From contig OZ024745.1 of NCBI GenBank assembly GCA_964016885.1, positions 129,890,001 to 129,954,000 on the forward strand: a DNA stretch of 64,000 nucleotides. Direction: 5' to 3'. The stretch is from Eledone cirrhosa (taxonomy: Eukaryota). This document shows, in pieces, positions 12,803 through 26,988 of the stretch. A program made the position numbers and the translations under genes. The number at the start of each line of letters is the position of its first letter. Within the stretch, counting starts at the first letter, position 1. Under the pieces are notes generated by a model. That model had not been told where the DNA came from. It ran no database searches and saw nothing but the letters and a program-made list of their open reading frames with translations.

Positions 12803-12995
12803 TGTCACTATTGGTAGTGCATCGAACAAAATGATTTGTGATATTTAGCTACGACTTTGTATATTCTGAGTTCAAATCCCTCCGAGGTCAACTTACATAT
12901 TCATCATACCGGTTTCTATAAAACAAAACACCTTTTAAGTAATCGGCTTGATATTATTGACATCTCATTTCTTGCAAATTACTGATCTTGTGCCA
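12803..12995 (+). mobile_element. Old diverged SINE S1 copy
   Basis: TTCTGAGTTCAAATCCCTCCGAGGTCAACTT and CTTGTGCCA. Confidence 0.65.
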
Positions 12996-12997
12996 TT

Positions 12998-13188
12998 GCG
13001 GTGAATTGGCAGTATCGGTAGAGGGTCGGACGCCATGCTTTGACGCATAGAGTTACGGCCCTTGCCATTCTGAGTTCAAATCCCCCCGAGGTTAACTTTG
13101 CCTTTCATCCTTCCGGGGTCGATAAAATAAAGTACCAGTAATGCACTGGGTATTTGCTGGCCTTGTGCCAAAAGTAGAAACAATTATT
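12998..13188 (+). mobile_element. SINE S1, near full length
   Basis: A-box-like TGGCAGTATCGGTAG, B-box GAGTTCAAATCC, core and tail. Confidence 0.9.
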
Positions 13189-14539
13189 AGAAATACTTAT
13201 TATTTTCTCCTTTATAAATACACTCAACTTCCATGGTATTGTGTTTAGATCAAATATTTTGACTCTACATGCAATTGGAGGAATTTTCTACTGACTTCTA
13301 GTTGTAAATTGTAACCTTGGCAACAGAATAATTAAGCAACGCTAGTGCTGCAACATATGAATGTACAAGCTTCTATAGATTGATGCATATAATTGTTTCT
13401 TACAACACAAACACCACGCTTTCATTTAAAAAAAAAAAAAAAAATAAGATGTAAACAGTTATTATCAACTACACTGCATAACTAGAATACCTGTATCACG
13501 ATACAGACGGATTAAAAGATGAAATCTAAGGAATGGGATTTGAACTCTCCGATTAAGATTGTAAGGTATGCAGTGCTTCCCTTAAGCGATTCCGTCTTAC
13601 TTGCATTAGCAATAGACTGCAATGATAACAGCTGAGTTTGTGTTAGTTCATTATATTTGCTTACAACAAATGCCTTATTACCCTAGTAGTTTTATCATTT
13701 AGGTAGCAGCTCAATGCCAAGGTCAGTTTGTTTCAGTTAGATTGGATGTTATGTACCTCTACTACAATGTACAATTGCTAAGGCTACAGTTACAAATCTA
13801 TAGAAATAGTAGTTCCATTGGTCGGCAAACTCTGTGCACTGCATCAGTTGAATACATTTATGTATAAACGTATGCTTCTACTGCACTTGCTACAGCTGCA
13901 GATATTTCAGCTGTTGCAGATATTTCAGCTGCTGTAGCTATTGCGCTAGCCATTATATTATAGTATTGCTGATGATGCTCTGTTGCCTATTGCAGCATAG
14001 TTATTATGGTGTACATGCTGACACTAATACTCATGGTGCAACGAATATTTCTAATGTGTTTTTTCAGTAATATAACTGATTCCGTACATAAATCTTTCAG
14101 ACTAATTACAGTTACTTGCACATTATATAATATTACAGTATTACATAATAACATTGTAAGAATATGTATTGACAACGTCAAAACTGTTGTACATTTATTA
14201 TAACAGGACATAAAATGAATGTCCCTGTTACATTCGAACATTAGCATGTATTATAGTCTGAGTGTTGCAGCTAAAGTATTACATTATATATATTTTGTAT
14301 ACGCCAATACCGCGGCCATAGGCAAGTGAAGGTGTATGTCAATTTAGTAATATACGGTTGTTCAAAATGGCTAGGACGATAAGGACAATTCTGGATTTAG
14401 ACAATATGTATTAATTTTTTGATTAGGCTTAGCAAACATTATTGTAATTCAATTAAATTTTAAATACAAGTTGGAAATCAACTAAAATATGTTTCAGACA
14501 TTCTTGCAGACGATATTTGAATTGATCATCATGTAGAGA

Positions 14540-14740
14540 TACAAATTATGTCTGTTATCATTGGGGCGATAGGCACGGTCCACAAACGTCTTACGTCTTT
14601 CATCCAAAGCCTTGGGATCCCTGACTTCATAGTCAGTGGCCACATTTCTACCAGAATTGCGCGCGATATATTAAGCCTCTGAGATTAGGGACTAATCTGA
14701 GGCAAATTAACACGCTACACATAGGAAATGATTGCTAGAG
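14540..14740 (+). mobile_element. R4/Dong-like non-LTR 3' relic (RLE C-terminus)
   Basis: Manual translation IMSVIIGAIGTVHKRLTSFIQSLGIP resembles R4/Dong PVVIGALGTVP..L....LG. Confidence 0.6.
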
Positions 14741-15276
14741 AAACCTTACAAAATGAAAAAAGATATTTTTATTGTTTCGTTAAAAATCATTTATTTTAAC
14801 AGCAACAGTAACAGTGACAACAACAACATAAGCGAGAAAATAAAACCGCTCAAGGAGTTAGTCAACCAACAAGTCGTTTAGCACTGGGCGAATTATAAAT
14901 ACAAACACGTTCACTCTAGAAAGTATTACTAATCTACACCGACGGGTAGCACAACCACATCTGCAACAACACCTGTGTTGGCGAAACTCGTAATGTCGAA
15001 AGAATGGTCAGCAAAACGTGATAATTTATGCCAGTCAGTCGAAGGCTCTCTTTAGTTCTCGCATTAAATTGCACAATAGGAGCAATATATATAGGAAAAT
15101 ATCAGTGAATGTGAACAGGCATATATATATATATATTTATTTATTTATTTAGGTTTGTTGGTTCAACATCGGATAGAACTGGTCATTCCGTATGGTCAAC
15201 CTCGATGTAATACTCAGCGTAATGCAACTCACCCGTCTTCGTTTATATAGTTGGTGGTGCGAGTACGGAGTTAATT

Positions 15277-15584
15277 ATTATAAAATAACAGGAGGCTGGA
15301 CTGGTGTAAATCCTTGAATGGTTTATTATACTATGATCATTTCAACGACCGGGTTCGGTATGAATCCAGTGACATCATCAGGTATTCAAAATATAACAAA
15401 GGAATATAACAGATAAAATCCATGGAGATGAAAATCAGAGACGAGAGGACGACTGACCATTTATCAGCTTCTACCTCGGCCGGCCGCCCGATCGTTGAAA
15501 TGATCATAGTATAGTATAATAAATGAAATGATCATATTATGATAAACCTTTCAAGGATTTAAACCAGTCCAGCCTCCTGTTATT

Positions 15585-15592
<8 letters not shown>
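15277..15592. mobile_element. Fold-back PLE mini-element (family G)
   Basis: Termini ATAAAATAACAGGAGGCTGGACTGG..AAATCCTTGAA are inverted at 15548-15588. The right arm has an internal duplication of GAAATGATCATA. Confidence 0.75.
15328..15385 (-). ncRNA. Type-I hammerhead motif (family G)
   Basis: AUAC CUGAUGA U[stem II ~30 nt] GAAA UGAUCA UA GUAU. Palindromic stem III AUGAUCAU. Confidence 0.7.
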
Positions 15593-15635
<43 letters not shown>

Positions 15636-15842
15636 GTGTGTATGTATGTAAAAGGTAAACAGATATAACAACACAATCGGTACAGTATATGGAAGGGATA
15701 TATTATGTTTAGCGCTTGATGGAGCAGGAAGAGGGTCTTTGCATTTTCTAATTAGATTTTTAACCCGAAACTGGATACCAGCCCCGAGTACACCTGAACT
15801 TCCACCAGGAAATCTTTCGTATCATTGAAATTTTCTTTGCTT

Positions 15843-16187
<345 letters not shown>

Positions 16188-16552
16188 TATTCAAAATATT
16201 AATAAATGAAGACGTTCACATAATCAAAATATATGTTTTATTATATATATTTCGGAGGTACTGTGCTGTTTTTCCAGTACGTCCTCGACATGTTCATCGA
16301 TACAACCCCTAGAGGTGAATTAGCTTACAAATTTAGAAGGGCTCTAGATAAACATAAACTCAATATTAAGATAGTGGAAAGACCAGGTACCTCCATAAAA
16401 ACACTTATTAGCAAGACATACCCTTTTCAAAGACCCCCTGTATAGATAAGAAATGTATAACCTGTAAATTAAGCCCCCATATTAACTGTAAAACTAGAAA
16501 TGTAGTATATAGCATAAGATGTACTGAAGGACAATGTAGAGACAAACATATA

Positions 16553-16822
16553 GTGTACATAGGTGAGACAGCTCGTAGTGTAGGGGAACGGATAAATGAA
16601 CACTGGCGAGACCTTCAAGATAGTAAAGAATCATCTGTACTCTACCAACATGCTAAAATAGAACATAAGGGTAAATTAGAGAACATAGAAATAAAAATAG
16701 AATCTACACACAGAAAAGACGCAATGTTTAGACAAATCACAGAGGCAATAAACATAAAAGAATTACAACCAAAAGTAAATAGAACACATGAGTGGAACAG
16801 CAACATCACAACTTACAATTAA
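16553..16822 (+). pseudogene. GIY-YIG endonuclease fragment of PLE
   Basis: YIGETARSVGERINEH motif, plus conserved E and N downstream. Confidence 0.85.
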
Positions 16823-17017
16823 GGACAAAATGAAAACACACACGCACATAGAACAAACAACCAACCAGTAACATGTAAATAAACAAATAAATAAACGAAT
16901 ATAAACACACACAGACACCCGGATGTGGCGCATGCGCAGACTGAGCACACAACACACACACAGAAACAAGATGGCGTAGGACAGAACAAAGGAGAGGCAC
17001 AAAGAAAAGAATCCCCA

Positions 17018-17060
17018 GTCACTGAAGAGGTCACAGAATGTGTGACAAAAGAACTTTGAC
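17018..17060 (+). ncRNA. Minimal hammerhead motif in pLTR (G12 mutated)
   Basis: GUCA CUGAAGA G GUCACA-gaaug-UGUGAC aAAA GAAC UU UGAC. Stems I and II covary relative to family A. Confidence 0.6.
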
Positions 17061-17252
17061 AATATATAAACAACCATCTGGTTGTGGAACCAACCAACCA
17101 ACAGGAAATTTATAAATTCCTAAATTTATAAATTTATTATAATAAATTGAAGTGAAAGCAACTGGTGCGTGTGTTTCTTATTGGCAACATGACCCTCCCA
17201 AAGTATAACAATATCGGTTTCAACACACGTTTTCAGATAAAGAATCTTGCTA

Positions 17253-17322
<70 letters not shown>

Positions 17323-17339
17323 TATATTATATATATATC

Positions 17340-17541
17340 CGTATGTTGTTGACGGCTGAAAGAAAAGAGTACTCAATACCAAAGTAGAGTTTTATTATTG
17401 ATTTTGTTAAGGCTAAATAATGAGCTTTGTTACTCTGGACTTTCGGTTGTTTCTCACAAGAGATCTTGTCTCATGACCCTGTGAAAAACAGGCGAAACAC
17501 CAGAGTAACAAGTCTCAATATTTACCCTTAATAAAATGAAT
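17340..17541. mobile_element. Fold-back mini-element family C with HHR at 17465-17512 (core G5>C)
   Basis: CUUGU CUcAUGA C CCUGU-gaaaa-ACAGG C GAAA CACCAGAG UA ACAAG. The inverted arm upstream carries GTACTCAATAC. Confidence 0.75.
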
Positions 17542-17617
17542 CTCACTCTCTCTCTCTTTCTCTTTCTCTCTCTTTCTCTCTCTCTTTCTCTCTTTCTATA
17601 TATTTATATATATATAT

Positions 17618-17661
<44 letters not shown>

Positions 17662-17690
17662 AGAGAGAGAGAGTGAGAGTGGGAGAGAGA

Positions 17691-17724
<34 letters not shown>

Positions 17725-18244
17725 TCTCTCTCCCACTCTCACTCTCTCTCTTAGTGAGGAGGAGTGAGAGAGAGAAAGTGTAAAAGAAGGAAGATATATA
17801 AATTGTATGATAAAGATATAGCTGTTTTGATGTATCAGAAATTGAACTATGGTACAGAAATATTTAGTGAAGCAAAAAGGAAGAATGGTGCAAAACGGTG
17901 CAAAACGGTGCAGAAAGTTATGTAATACTGAAGTAGTTTATAGAACACTTAGTGCTATACATTTGATTATACATGTTTAAGGGCAACAAAGCATTATATG
18001 CTGTCAATGAAAACCTAATGCATAATGCTGGAGAGAAAATCGGAAGGAAGAGAAAGACAGAGAAAGAGAGCGAGTGAAAGAGAGAGCTAGAGGGAGAAAG
18101 AAAGTAAAATTGGAAGAGAGAGAGATAGAGGGAGCGAGTGAAAGAGAGACCTAGAGGGAGAAAGAAAGCAAGATAGGAAGAGAGAGAGGGATAGAGGGAG
18201 CGGGTGAAAGAGAGAGCTAGAAGGAGAAGGAAAGCAAGATAGGA

Positions 18245-18312
<68 letters not shown>

Positions 18313-18825
18313 GATAACAATGACGTCGTCGTACAGTAAAACAAATTAAGGAAGCATACAGACAACTATAGCTAATGTTCTGAATGCTTGAGTTGTGATA
18401 TTAAGAAAAGTTATTAAAATTCAGAATACACGAGCAGCGATCCTATACGCATGATCTGCTGAATTACAAACACACGTTCGAAATAATTTGCTAAACAGTC
18501 CATTCTCCTACACATACGAACACATACACACATATACACGTACACATACACACATATATATACACATACACACATACACACATATACACATACACACATA
18601 TTATGGTATAACCTTATGTATAATTTATAACAAATACATTACGCCACAGCATACGATATTATAAAAAGGCACACATATATATATATACACATACACTCAC
18701 AGACACAGACATACATATGTATATATATATTTATATATATAAATATACATATACATATATATGTATATTTCTCTCTCTCTCTCTCTTTATATTATATATA
18801 TAATATATAATATAAAGAGAGAGAG

Positions 18826-18872
<47 letters not shown>

Positions 18873-18916
18873 CCATGATATTAAATAAATGGAAACTATA
18901 TTTATAAAACCATATT

Positions 18917-18981
18917 TATTTTATTATATATATTTCAAGAGCAACCGAGCCAACCTTGGTGCGCTTTCATCAGATAAAATA
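18917..18981 (-). ncRNA. Type-I hammerhead motif (family D)
   Basis: UAUUUUAU CUGAUGA [AAG.GCA.C...GG.UGC.CUU] GAAA UAUAUA UA AUAAAAUA. Perfect 8-bp stem I. Lies within PLE end 18875-19048. Confidence 0.8.
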
Positions 18982-19048
18982 CAAAGTTTGTTTTATAAAT
19001 AAAGACGTACCCATGAAGATTCAACCTTATCGGTGGGAAATGCGCTGG

Positions 19049-19440
<392 letters not shown>

Positions 19441-19625
19441 ATCGCCTTTGCCGAAAATTATAGAGGCTGGATTCTTATAGAATTCGAGTAATAATTAGGA
19501 ACTGATTATACAGAGCGATTGCCGGTCCAGCAAAAGTTAAAAATTACGATTGGTGCTCCGAAATAGCGATGTATACATGAATGTATGTATAGTATATTTG
19601 GCAATATACCGTATGTTTAATTAAT

Positions 19626-19666
19626 GCTCTGAGGATCGCCAACCGCGTGAAACGGAATCTGTCAGC
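19626..19666 (+). ncRNA. Compact type-I hammerhead motif within fold-back element 19543-19832
   Basis: GCU CUGAGGA U CGC-caacc-GCG U GAAA CGG-aau-CUG UC AGC. Flanking arms 19543-19625 and 19750-19832 are inverted. Confidence 0.7.
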
Positions 19667-20737
19667 TTCTCTCCCTTCTTTTGCCGAAAAAAGAAGTAAG
19701 TGACATAGTCATTACTTTAAAAATGATAGCGCAAGGTCTTCAAAATGTTTTTAATTAAACATACGGTATATTGCCAAAAATACTATACATACATTCATTT
19801 ATACATCGCTATTTCAGAGTATCAATCCTAATATATATATATATATATAATATTAATTCAAAATATTAACAAAATAGATATTCTTGTGATCAATTATATT
19901 TTATTATACATACTTCAGAGGTACTGAATTAAGTTCAATAGTACGTCCTCATCAGATAAAATAAAATGATACATGACATACCCTGACATAGTAGATGGTT
20001 AATATTTAATCAAGGTAGTGATTAACTTATGACAAAACTCAATATTTATACCCTAATATTGAGAACATGAGAAAACGTAATACAAACAATAGAGAGAGTG
20101 TGAGTAATATATTTTAAGAAATACATGGCATCAATATAACAGTTATAGAATTTTTAAATTGTTTAAACCTACTAGAGAAAGAGAAGGGAAAGGAAAGCAT
20201 ATAGGAAGAAACAGCTGATGTGATAACTTATTTAGTATTTAGCTTGAGAAGAAAAAGGGGAGTAATTTATGTTCAAGTTTCTACACACAGATTCTTATAT
20301 AGTATAGCTGGCGGTTAATTTTCAAAATGTTTAATTTATCTTATTTCAGGGTAAAGAATCAAATTTTAGGTTTTAAAAGTTAATAGGAATTTGTATTAAT
20401 ATTATAACATAATTATGTTAAATTTCTAAAATTCAAATTTTATGCAAACAAATTTAAATGGTTTACGAAACACGAGAAAGAAAGAAAATATAAATATATG
20501 TTTTATATCCCCACGAAGGTAATCTTTAGCAAAATTACTTATAATATTGACAACAGTATCTATAATATAATTTATAAGATATTTATAGTAAAAATATTAA
20601 ATAATTTATTGTTAAATAGTTTGAGTGCATAAAGTATCAACCGGCCTTATAATTAAACTTAAAGAGGTCAGAATTTTCAACTATATATATGTATTGATCA
20701 TAATATACCAAGATTATAGCTTATTATTTGTTCATAT

Positions 20738-20899
20738 GGGGCGGTAGATTGGCAGTATAGTTACGTCCCTTTACGGTCTGAGTTCAAATCCCGCCGAGGT
20801 TAATTTTGCCTTTCATCCTTACGGGGTCGATAAAATAAAGTACCAATAATGTACTGGGTAAAAGTAGAAACAATTATTTGCCAAAAGTAGAAACAATTA
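20738..20899 (+). mobile_element. SINE S1 with TSD
   Basis: Core present. ATTA(T/C)TTGTTCATAT is duplicated on both sides. Confidence 0.88.
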
Positions 20900-21170
20900 C
20901 TTGTTCATATATTGTATTAAGTAAATGATTATATAAGTTCGACCTTCCAGGGAAAACCAAACACTTATAATAATACATAATGTCATTTGAGTGTTATATT
21001 GATGCCATGTATTTCTTAAAATATATTACTCACACTCTCTCTATTGTTTGTATTACGTTTTCTCATGTTCTCAATATTAGGGTATAAATATTGAGTTTTG
21101 TCATAAGTTAATCACTACCTTGATTAAATATTAACCATCTACCATGTCAGGGTATGTCATGTATCATTTT

Positions 21171-21235
21171 ATTTTATCTGATGAAGACATACTGTTGAAC
21201 TTAATTCAGTACCTCTGAAATATGTATAATAAAAT
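21171..21235 (+). ncRNA. Type-I hammerhead motif, intact core
   Basis: AUUUUAU CUGAUGA AGA..UACUG..CAGUA..UCU GAAA UAUGUA UA AUAAAAU. The mirror copy at 19898-19962 (-) has GAAG. Confidence 0.8.
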
Positions 21236-21374
21236 ATAATTCATCACAAGAATATCTATTTTATTAATATTTTGAATTAATATTAATAACTCTGGAAAAT
21301 ATTTTGTTGTAGAGTGCTTCCAATCTATTGTAAAACTCATTCTTTGATGTACTCATTGAATCTTGTTTAATTCT

Positions 21375-21423
<49 letters not shown>

Positions 21424-21498
21424 ATAATAATAAATTTGAAGACTAAAATCCAAAGAGGGCTCGATAAGGATAAATATATATCAAATATATTAGAACCG

Positions 21499-21535
<37 letters not shown>

Positions 21536-21599
21536 TAGGTATAACTCGTAAGTTGTATTGTAGGCGTAGAAGAGCAGATACCAAACGAATGTAAAGATA

Positions 21600-21778
21600 T
21601 GTATACGTACGTCGTGATTCAGGGGTGAGAGAAAAGATGAGTCAATACCTGAGTCGTGTTTTAATATTCAATATATTAATGCTACGTAGTGAGTCTTGTT
21701 TCTCTGGAGTTTCGCCTCTTTATCGATGAACAGGCGAAATTCCATGGTAACTCCACTAACTGTTTAGCCTTAACATAA

Positions 21779-21783
<5 letters not shown>
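21600..21783. mobile_element. Fold-back mini-element family C
   Basis: CTTGTTTCTCTGGAGTTTCGCCT...ACAGGCGAAATTCCATGGTAAC. Confidence 0.6.
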
Positions 21784-21865
<82 letters not shown>

Positions 21866-21868
<3 letters not shown>

Positions 21869-22062
21869 TAAGGCGGGTAAAATTCCCGAGATCCATGGAC
21901 GAGTTCTCTCCAGCGGTCTCTGTCCCTCATTATCGCTGCCATGTCCTGCATCTCCAGCAGACCAGTGTCTGTCCTTAGGGCATCAACATACGTTAACCTT
22001 GGTCTTCCTCTTCTAGTGTGTCCATGTAGGGGCTCCCAATGGCTGAGCTCCTGCTGGTTCAA
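21866..22062 (-). mobile_element. RTE-X-like LINE 3' end
   Basis: WEPLHGHTRRGRPRLTYVDAL..DTG...M.DRDRWR, ending at (TA)n. Confidence 0.8.
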
Positions 22063-22065
22063 CAT

Positions 22066-22417
22066 CTAGATCCAGATCTAGTCGTTGAAACGGCCGGAGC
22101 TCAGCCGTTGATTTCCCGAATTTTTCATATTACCCTCTGTACTATCCCAAGTATCGAGTACTCTGGTGAGTAATGGTCTAACATGTTTTTGCCACTTCCA
22201 TTTTGATGTATATATATATATAACAAAGGAGTTGTGGTAAGGAACCAGATGGACCATAACGCCACAGAGTACTCAATACTTAGGGTAGTAGAGTGAGTAA
22301 TAGGAAAATGTATGACCCCGACGGCAGAGCTCAAGCCATTTCGACGGCTATTTCTGGACTCAGAAATAGCCGTCGACACGGCTTGAGCTCTGCCGTCGGG
22401 GTCATACATTTTCCTAT
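22066..22417. mobile_element. Two family B mini-elements (22066-22205 plus strand; 22221-22417 fold-back)
   Basis: Near-perfect hairpin TAGGAAAATGTATGACCCCGACGGCAGAGCTCAAGCC...GGCTTGAGCTCTGCCGTCGGGGTCATACATTTTCCTA. Confidence 0.8.
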
Positions 22418-22471
22418 ATATATATATATATTTGTATATATATTGTTGAGGGTGTGGCTATACTAAAAGTC

Positions 22472-22605
22472 AAATGTTTCCGAACACGGAAGAACCGAAC
22501 GTCCCACCGTCATCACCTATATCTCTGTCACCCTCCCCATCTCTCTGTATGATGAGCAAATGGGGTCCCACGTACTGGCTGCCCTACAGTCCTGGCGGTC
22601 AGTGG
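22472..22605 (-). mobile_element. 3' UTR fragment of the CRE-like element seen at 9815-10112
   Basis: AACACGGAAGA..C and GGGTCCCACGT..TGGC.GCCC.ACAG.CC.GGCGG.CAG are shared. Confidence 0.65.
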
Positions 22606-23353
22606 TGTGCTTGTATGCATGTATTAGCATTATTTCAAACTGTATATGTTCCCTTTTGGATTCTGTCCATTTATGTACTCTATGAGTACAAGTTCAAATT
22701 CATTCACGTATTTATTTCGACTCACCGACTACGACACGCTGTAGTATAGTTCATTTAAATAAGATCACTACTTTTTGTTGTGTTTCATTACTATATTATT
22801 TCATTTTCATAACAGTACTTTATACAAAATTATGTTGAATCTTTTATGAGTGTTTTTCAATATTTCGATTAATCAATTCTTAACGTTGCTTGTCACTCAG
22901 CGTCTCTGATATAAATCATTAAAATGTTAACTGAACAAGTCTTGATTAAAAGAACAGAAAAAAAAATTACACGTATGGTTGATGAAATTATTATTTTATA
23001 AGAATCAAACATTTATTAAATTTCATTGCTAATTATAAATATAAAATTATAATATGATAAATACGTAAGTGAGGTCGTGAGAATATATGACAGCGAAAGT
23101 AATACATTTAGTACGTCCATGAGGGGAGTAAGTGTGCTGGAGATATACTGTACTTCTTATGGTGGTAATTGATAAGGAGATATTTTAGTATTTAAGTAAC
23201 AAATATAGAAAAAGAGCCGAGTGAAGAATATCCGTGTAAATTTTTATAACAGTTTCAAAGGGCTAGGACAGATGTAAATACAAATTATTAAACGTAATAA
23301 TGTTGGAAACAATCAAAACCGTGGTAATAATATTCATATTTATTATATAACTA

Positions 23354-23512
23354 TTCTTCTTCTTCTTCTTCTTCTTCTTCTTCTTCTTCTTCTTCTTCTT
23401 CTTCTTCTTCTTCTTCTTCTTCTTCTTCTTCTTCTTCTTCTTCTTCTTCTTCTTCTTCTTCTTCTTCTTCTTCTTCTTCTTCTTCTTCTTCTTCTTCTTC
23501 TTCTTCTTCTTC
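23354..23512. repeat. (CTT)n trinucleotide, i.e. (GAA)n tail of adjacent RTE LINE
   Basis: About 50 perfect units abutting the LINE 3' end. Confidence 0.9.
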
Positions 23513-24082
23513 ACCAACTTCTTCCTCAGATGGTCTTGGGGACAGAGTCCTCAAACAGACCTTTCAGCAGATTCTGTCAGAAGCAACAGTATCTAATAGA
23601 TCCTGCTGGAACCAACCCCAGGTGAGATCAACCAGGCTTATGAATGTTATACAGCCCTCTTGCTCGGGGTCTTCCCCTGAGTCTCCTGAGACATTTTAAC
23701 CACATGCCTAAAGTTTCGGAGCTGTGATCTTTCAATTTGTAGAAGTAGAGGCTCTACCTGGCATCACTCTCTGATCTCCGAGCCAGGCATTCTATCAAGT
23801 AACGTTACTCGGAAGACCCTTCGGAGGAATCCTATTTCGGCCGCTTACATTCACGATCGTATTCTTTCTGATTACTGAATGCTGAAGCTGGAGCATTACT
23901 GCACCAGCTCCTGGAAATTCTTGCATTAATTCCGCATCACTCGTGAACGTGGCCCCGAGATAATTGAACTTCTCCACCTGCTTCAGTAGAAATCCATTAA
24001 CCTGTAGAGTATACTCTGCGGGTTTCCCTGAGAGGACAAGTTTCTCAGTTTTCGCAGCACTGATATTCATAACGTAACTCAT
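23513..24082 (-). mobile_element. RTE-clade LINE 3' relic
   Basis: KTE.LV...LKQVEKFNYLGATFTSD, then GRPRAR. Frameshifted. Confidence 0.75.
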
Positions 24083-24524
24083 TTAACAAAATTATTCTCT
24101 CCCTGTTTCTATCTGCATCTTTTTTCTACTTCTTTTTCACATTCGCTTACACATATGAAAACACACACACATACATATATACACAAATATTTGCATAGAA
24201 CCCACCACGCCACACCCCGCCACACTCAAATATTAGTAGAATTTCATTGATGAATGTCCACGAAACATGGAAAGGTTACAAAGACGGTAAAAAATCTCAG
24301 CCAGCATTGGTGATAAATTTACTATGATGATGGTGCAGTACATGGTGGTGGTCATTTCCGTAGTGCCGGTGATAACGGCGCAGGTTTTCTATCTGTCTCT
24401 CCATGTTTCTATCTCTTTTCTCAAATACAAACTCAAATACACACATCATCACATACAACAGGCAACACTTCAGCATACTGTTATGGATTTGTCTGACGAT
24501 CTAACAAATGTTCTATTCCAACGC

Positions 24525-24594
<70 letters not shown>

Positions 24595-24628
24595 TATATA
24601 TATATGTATATATATTTATATATATATA

Positions 24629-24822
24629 ACAACAAAAACCAAAGAGGGTGTGGTAAGGAACCAGATGGACCATAACGCACCAGAGTACTCGATACTTAGG
24701 GTAGTAGAGTGGGTAACAGGAAAAGATTCAGGACCTCGATGGTTGAGTAACCACAGGTGACTCAGTTCGGATTTAGCTGTCGAAATGGCCGGAGCTCAGA
24801 CGTCGGGGTCCTGAATCTTTGC
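24629..24822. mobile_element. Family B fold-back mini-element
   Basis: AAAGATTCAGGACC...GGTCCTGAATCTTT inverted, with family B tail on the minus strand. Confidence 0.8.
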
Positions 24823-24853
<31 letters not shown>

Positions 24854-25117
24854 GTGAGATCGGAAGGAAAGGGTGAGGGAGAGAAATAGTGAGAGCATCT
24901 AATATACACTCTTTTACTTGCCCAAGTCCAATGACTGAGGCCATACTTCTCGTACCACAGTTCATGACTCTCATTTAGTTGGCTTTTATTGAATGGAAGA
25001 AGTTTAATAGCTTCTCCATTTCTATTGGCGTATTTATGAATGCGAATGCATGAATGCATGTGTGCGTTAGCGTGATTATGTATGTGTATGTGTGAATGAG
25101 TGTGGTTGTTTGTTTGC

Positions 25118-25202
<85 letters not shown>

Positions 25203-26988
25203 TGTGTCTGTGTGTGTGTGTGTGTGTGTGTCTATGTGTGTGATTTTAGGTCTAAATAAATACAACACTCGAACACATCACCATTACACACAAACATATT
25301 CACATGATTCCATTCAGATGTCTATAAGAATAAAGCATTGCATTTATAAACTGATCAAAGACCTCCCATGTATATAATCTGAGTGTTTTGTAGTGCTAAA
25401 TAAGTGCAAACCACTTACATATACATAGAGTTATACTGTTCCAGTGACGTAACATGTTTAATTACCTCATCAACTTAAATATAATTTTGCATTTAATATT
25501 AGTTTAAATTTCCAAAGCACGGAAGTCCTTTTGCGTCTACTCTTAAACAATTTTGACGATATACTTGAAGCTTTCTCGTTTGTCTTTTCCGGATTTTAAT
25601 GGAGTGCCTTATATATTAGAAATACTTTCAAAACGAAGTCAATGATTCATTTTAAAATTAAAATTAATTTCTTATAATTTATTGTACTGAAAAAAAAAAA
25701 AATTTCTTTATGCATCTGTTAGTCAGATTTTTTGGGGGTATGTTTTATAATATTATTTAGTCCATATTTCTCAATCACTTAAATTTATTTCTTTTAACCT
25801 CATGTTTCTTTAAGTGTTTCTGCTGTATCAATGCCTTTCCTTTATGAGATCGATATATATACCAATCCATTCCATTCATTGAAATTGTTTGTGCTGCAGA
25901 GTTCCGTATCTCTCGATGAAGCGTTATGATTCATATAAATTGGCAGAAGCGTAAGATCATTTGATTGGATTTACATTAAACTAAATTGACTTTAGAAAAT
26001 ATTTAATTGCTGTATGGTCCATTACTATCAACGCTTCATTCTTCTTTTTCTTTGTTGTGTATTTCAATGTTGTCTTTCTGCAATGTTTGTGTGGCTCACA
26101 TTGGCATGTTTAGTTACAATCAATTGCTTTATAGTTTTTATGTATTAAGCAATTTCTTCCAGAAACTGTTCATTTTCTAACTTATCATCGTACACCTAGT
26201 CTTATAGCTATTATTATTATGTTGAATTCTGATATCATTTCTCCCATTTCAATATGTTGCTCTATTTCTTTTGCTCTGATATACACACAGTATTCATTTC
26301 ATTCCGTCGAGTATTCTACTGTGATCATATTTAAGTCTGCCCGAACAGGCTACTTTATTGCCTATACTTTTGCATGCCTAAGCCTTTTATCATTCTTTGT
26401 GTACTTACGTAGATGTATAGCTTATTAAGGTTTGCTTTCTTTCGACTATATTTATTTCTATTTTTTAAGTAATTTTTTATGACATTTTACCTTAATATTT
26501 TCAATGCATTACATCATTGTTCTGTTCATGAGTATATTTATTTATTTTTTAATATTAATTTTAAGACTCGAGACTAGTTTAATATATATCTTGTCCTTGT
26601 GACCATCGTGAATATATTGTTGAAAGAGTTTGTCCCAGGAACATCTTGTTATATATTTTTGGAGGGGGTAACACGTAGTTAAATAGATGTCAGTTGATGC
26701 TGAATAAGATTTGTGTTTTTACATGAAAATAGAAGTATCCGATCTCTTGGATTTTCACAGACCGCTGAGAAGATAAAGTTGATATAAAGTATGGTGTGCA
26801 TCTCTCCCAGACACTGACAAGGGGCTTACAGTTTAGAAGCACCTAGCACTATCTGGGAGATACGGGGTTCAATTCCTCATAGCACTCGATGGAAATTCCA
26901 TTTTCTGTATTCTAAGGGTCTTCACACTAAAATATAGGCTATTTTATAGAATCGCCGTGCGTGACGACATCATTATTTATATGTATAT

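Larger units (their letters stand above)
16288..17257 (+). mobile_element. 5'-truncated Penelope-like element (GIY-YIG and pLTR), family A-related
   Basis: [23 protein letters not shown], then C..C..C.TRNVVY...YIGETARSVGERINEHW...RQITEA.NI...P.VN...EW. Frameshifted. 3' UTR homologous to family A. Confidence 0.9.
19851..21283. mobile_element. PLE remnant with ~290-bp inverted pLTR arms (family D-related)
   Basis: 19851-20141 is the reverse complement of 20992-21283. Both arms hold an HHR. The spacer is interrupted by SINE S1. Confidence 0.85.

Noticed and set aside
22560-22605. HDV-like ribozyme (CCCACGT loop resembling L3)
   Set aside because: P3 is not kept in the 9895 copy, and I could not build P1/P1.1/P2.
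23263-23554. Poly-Lys / poly-Glu proteins
   Set aside because: (GAA)n tail of an RTE LINE.
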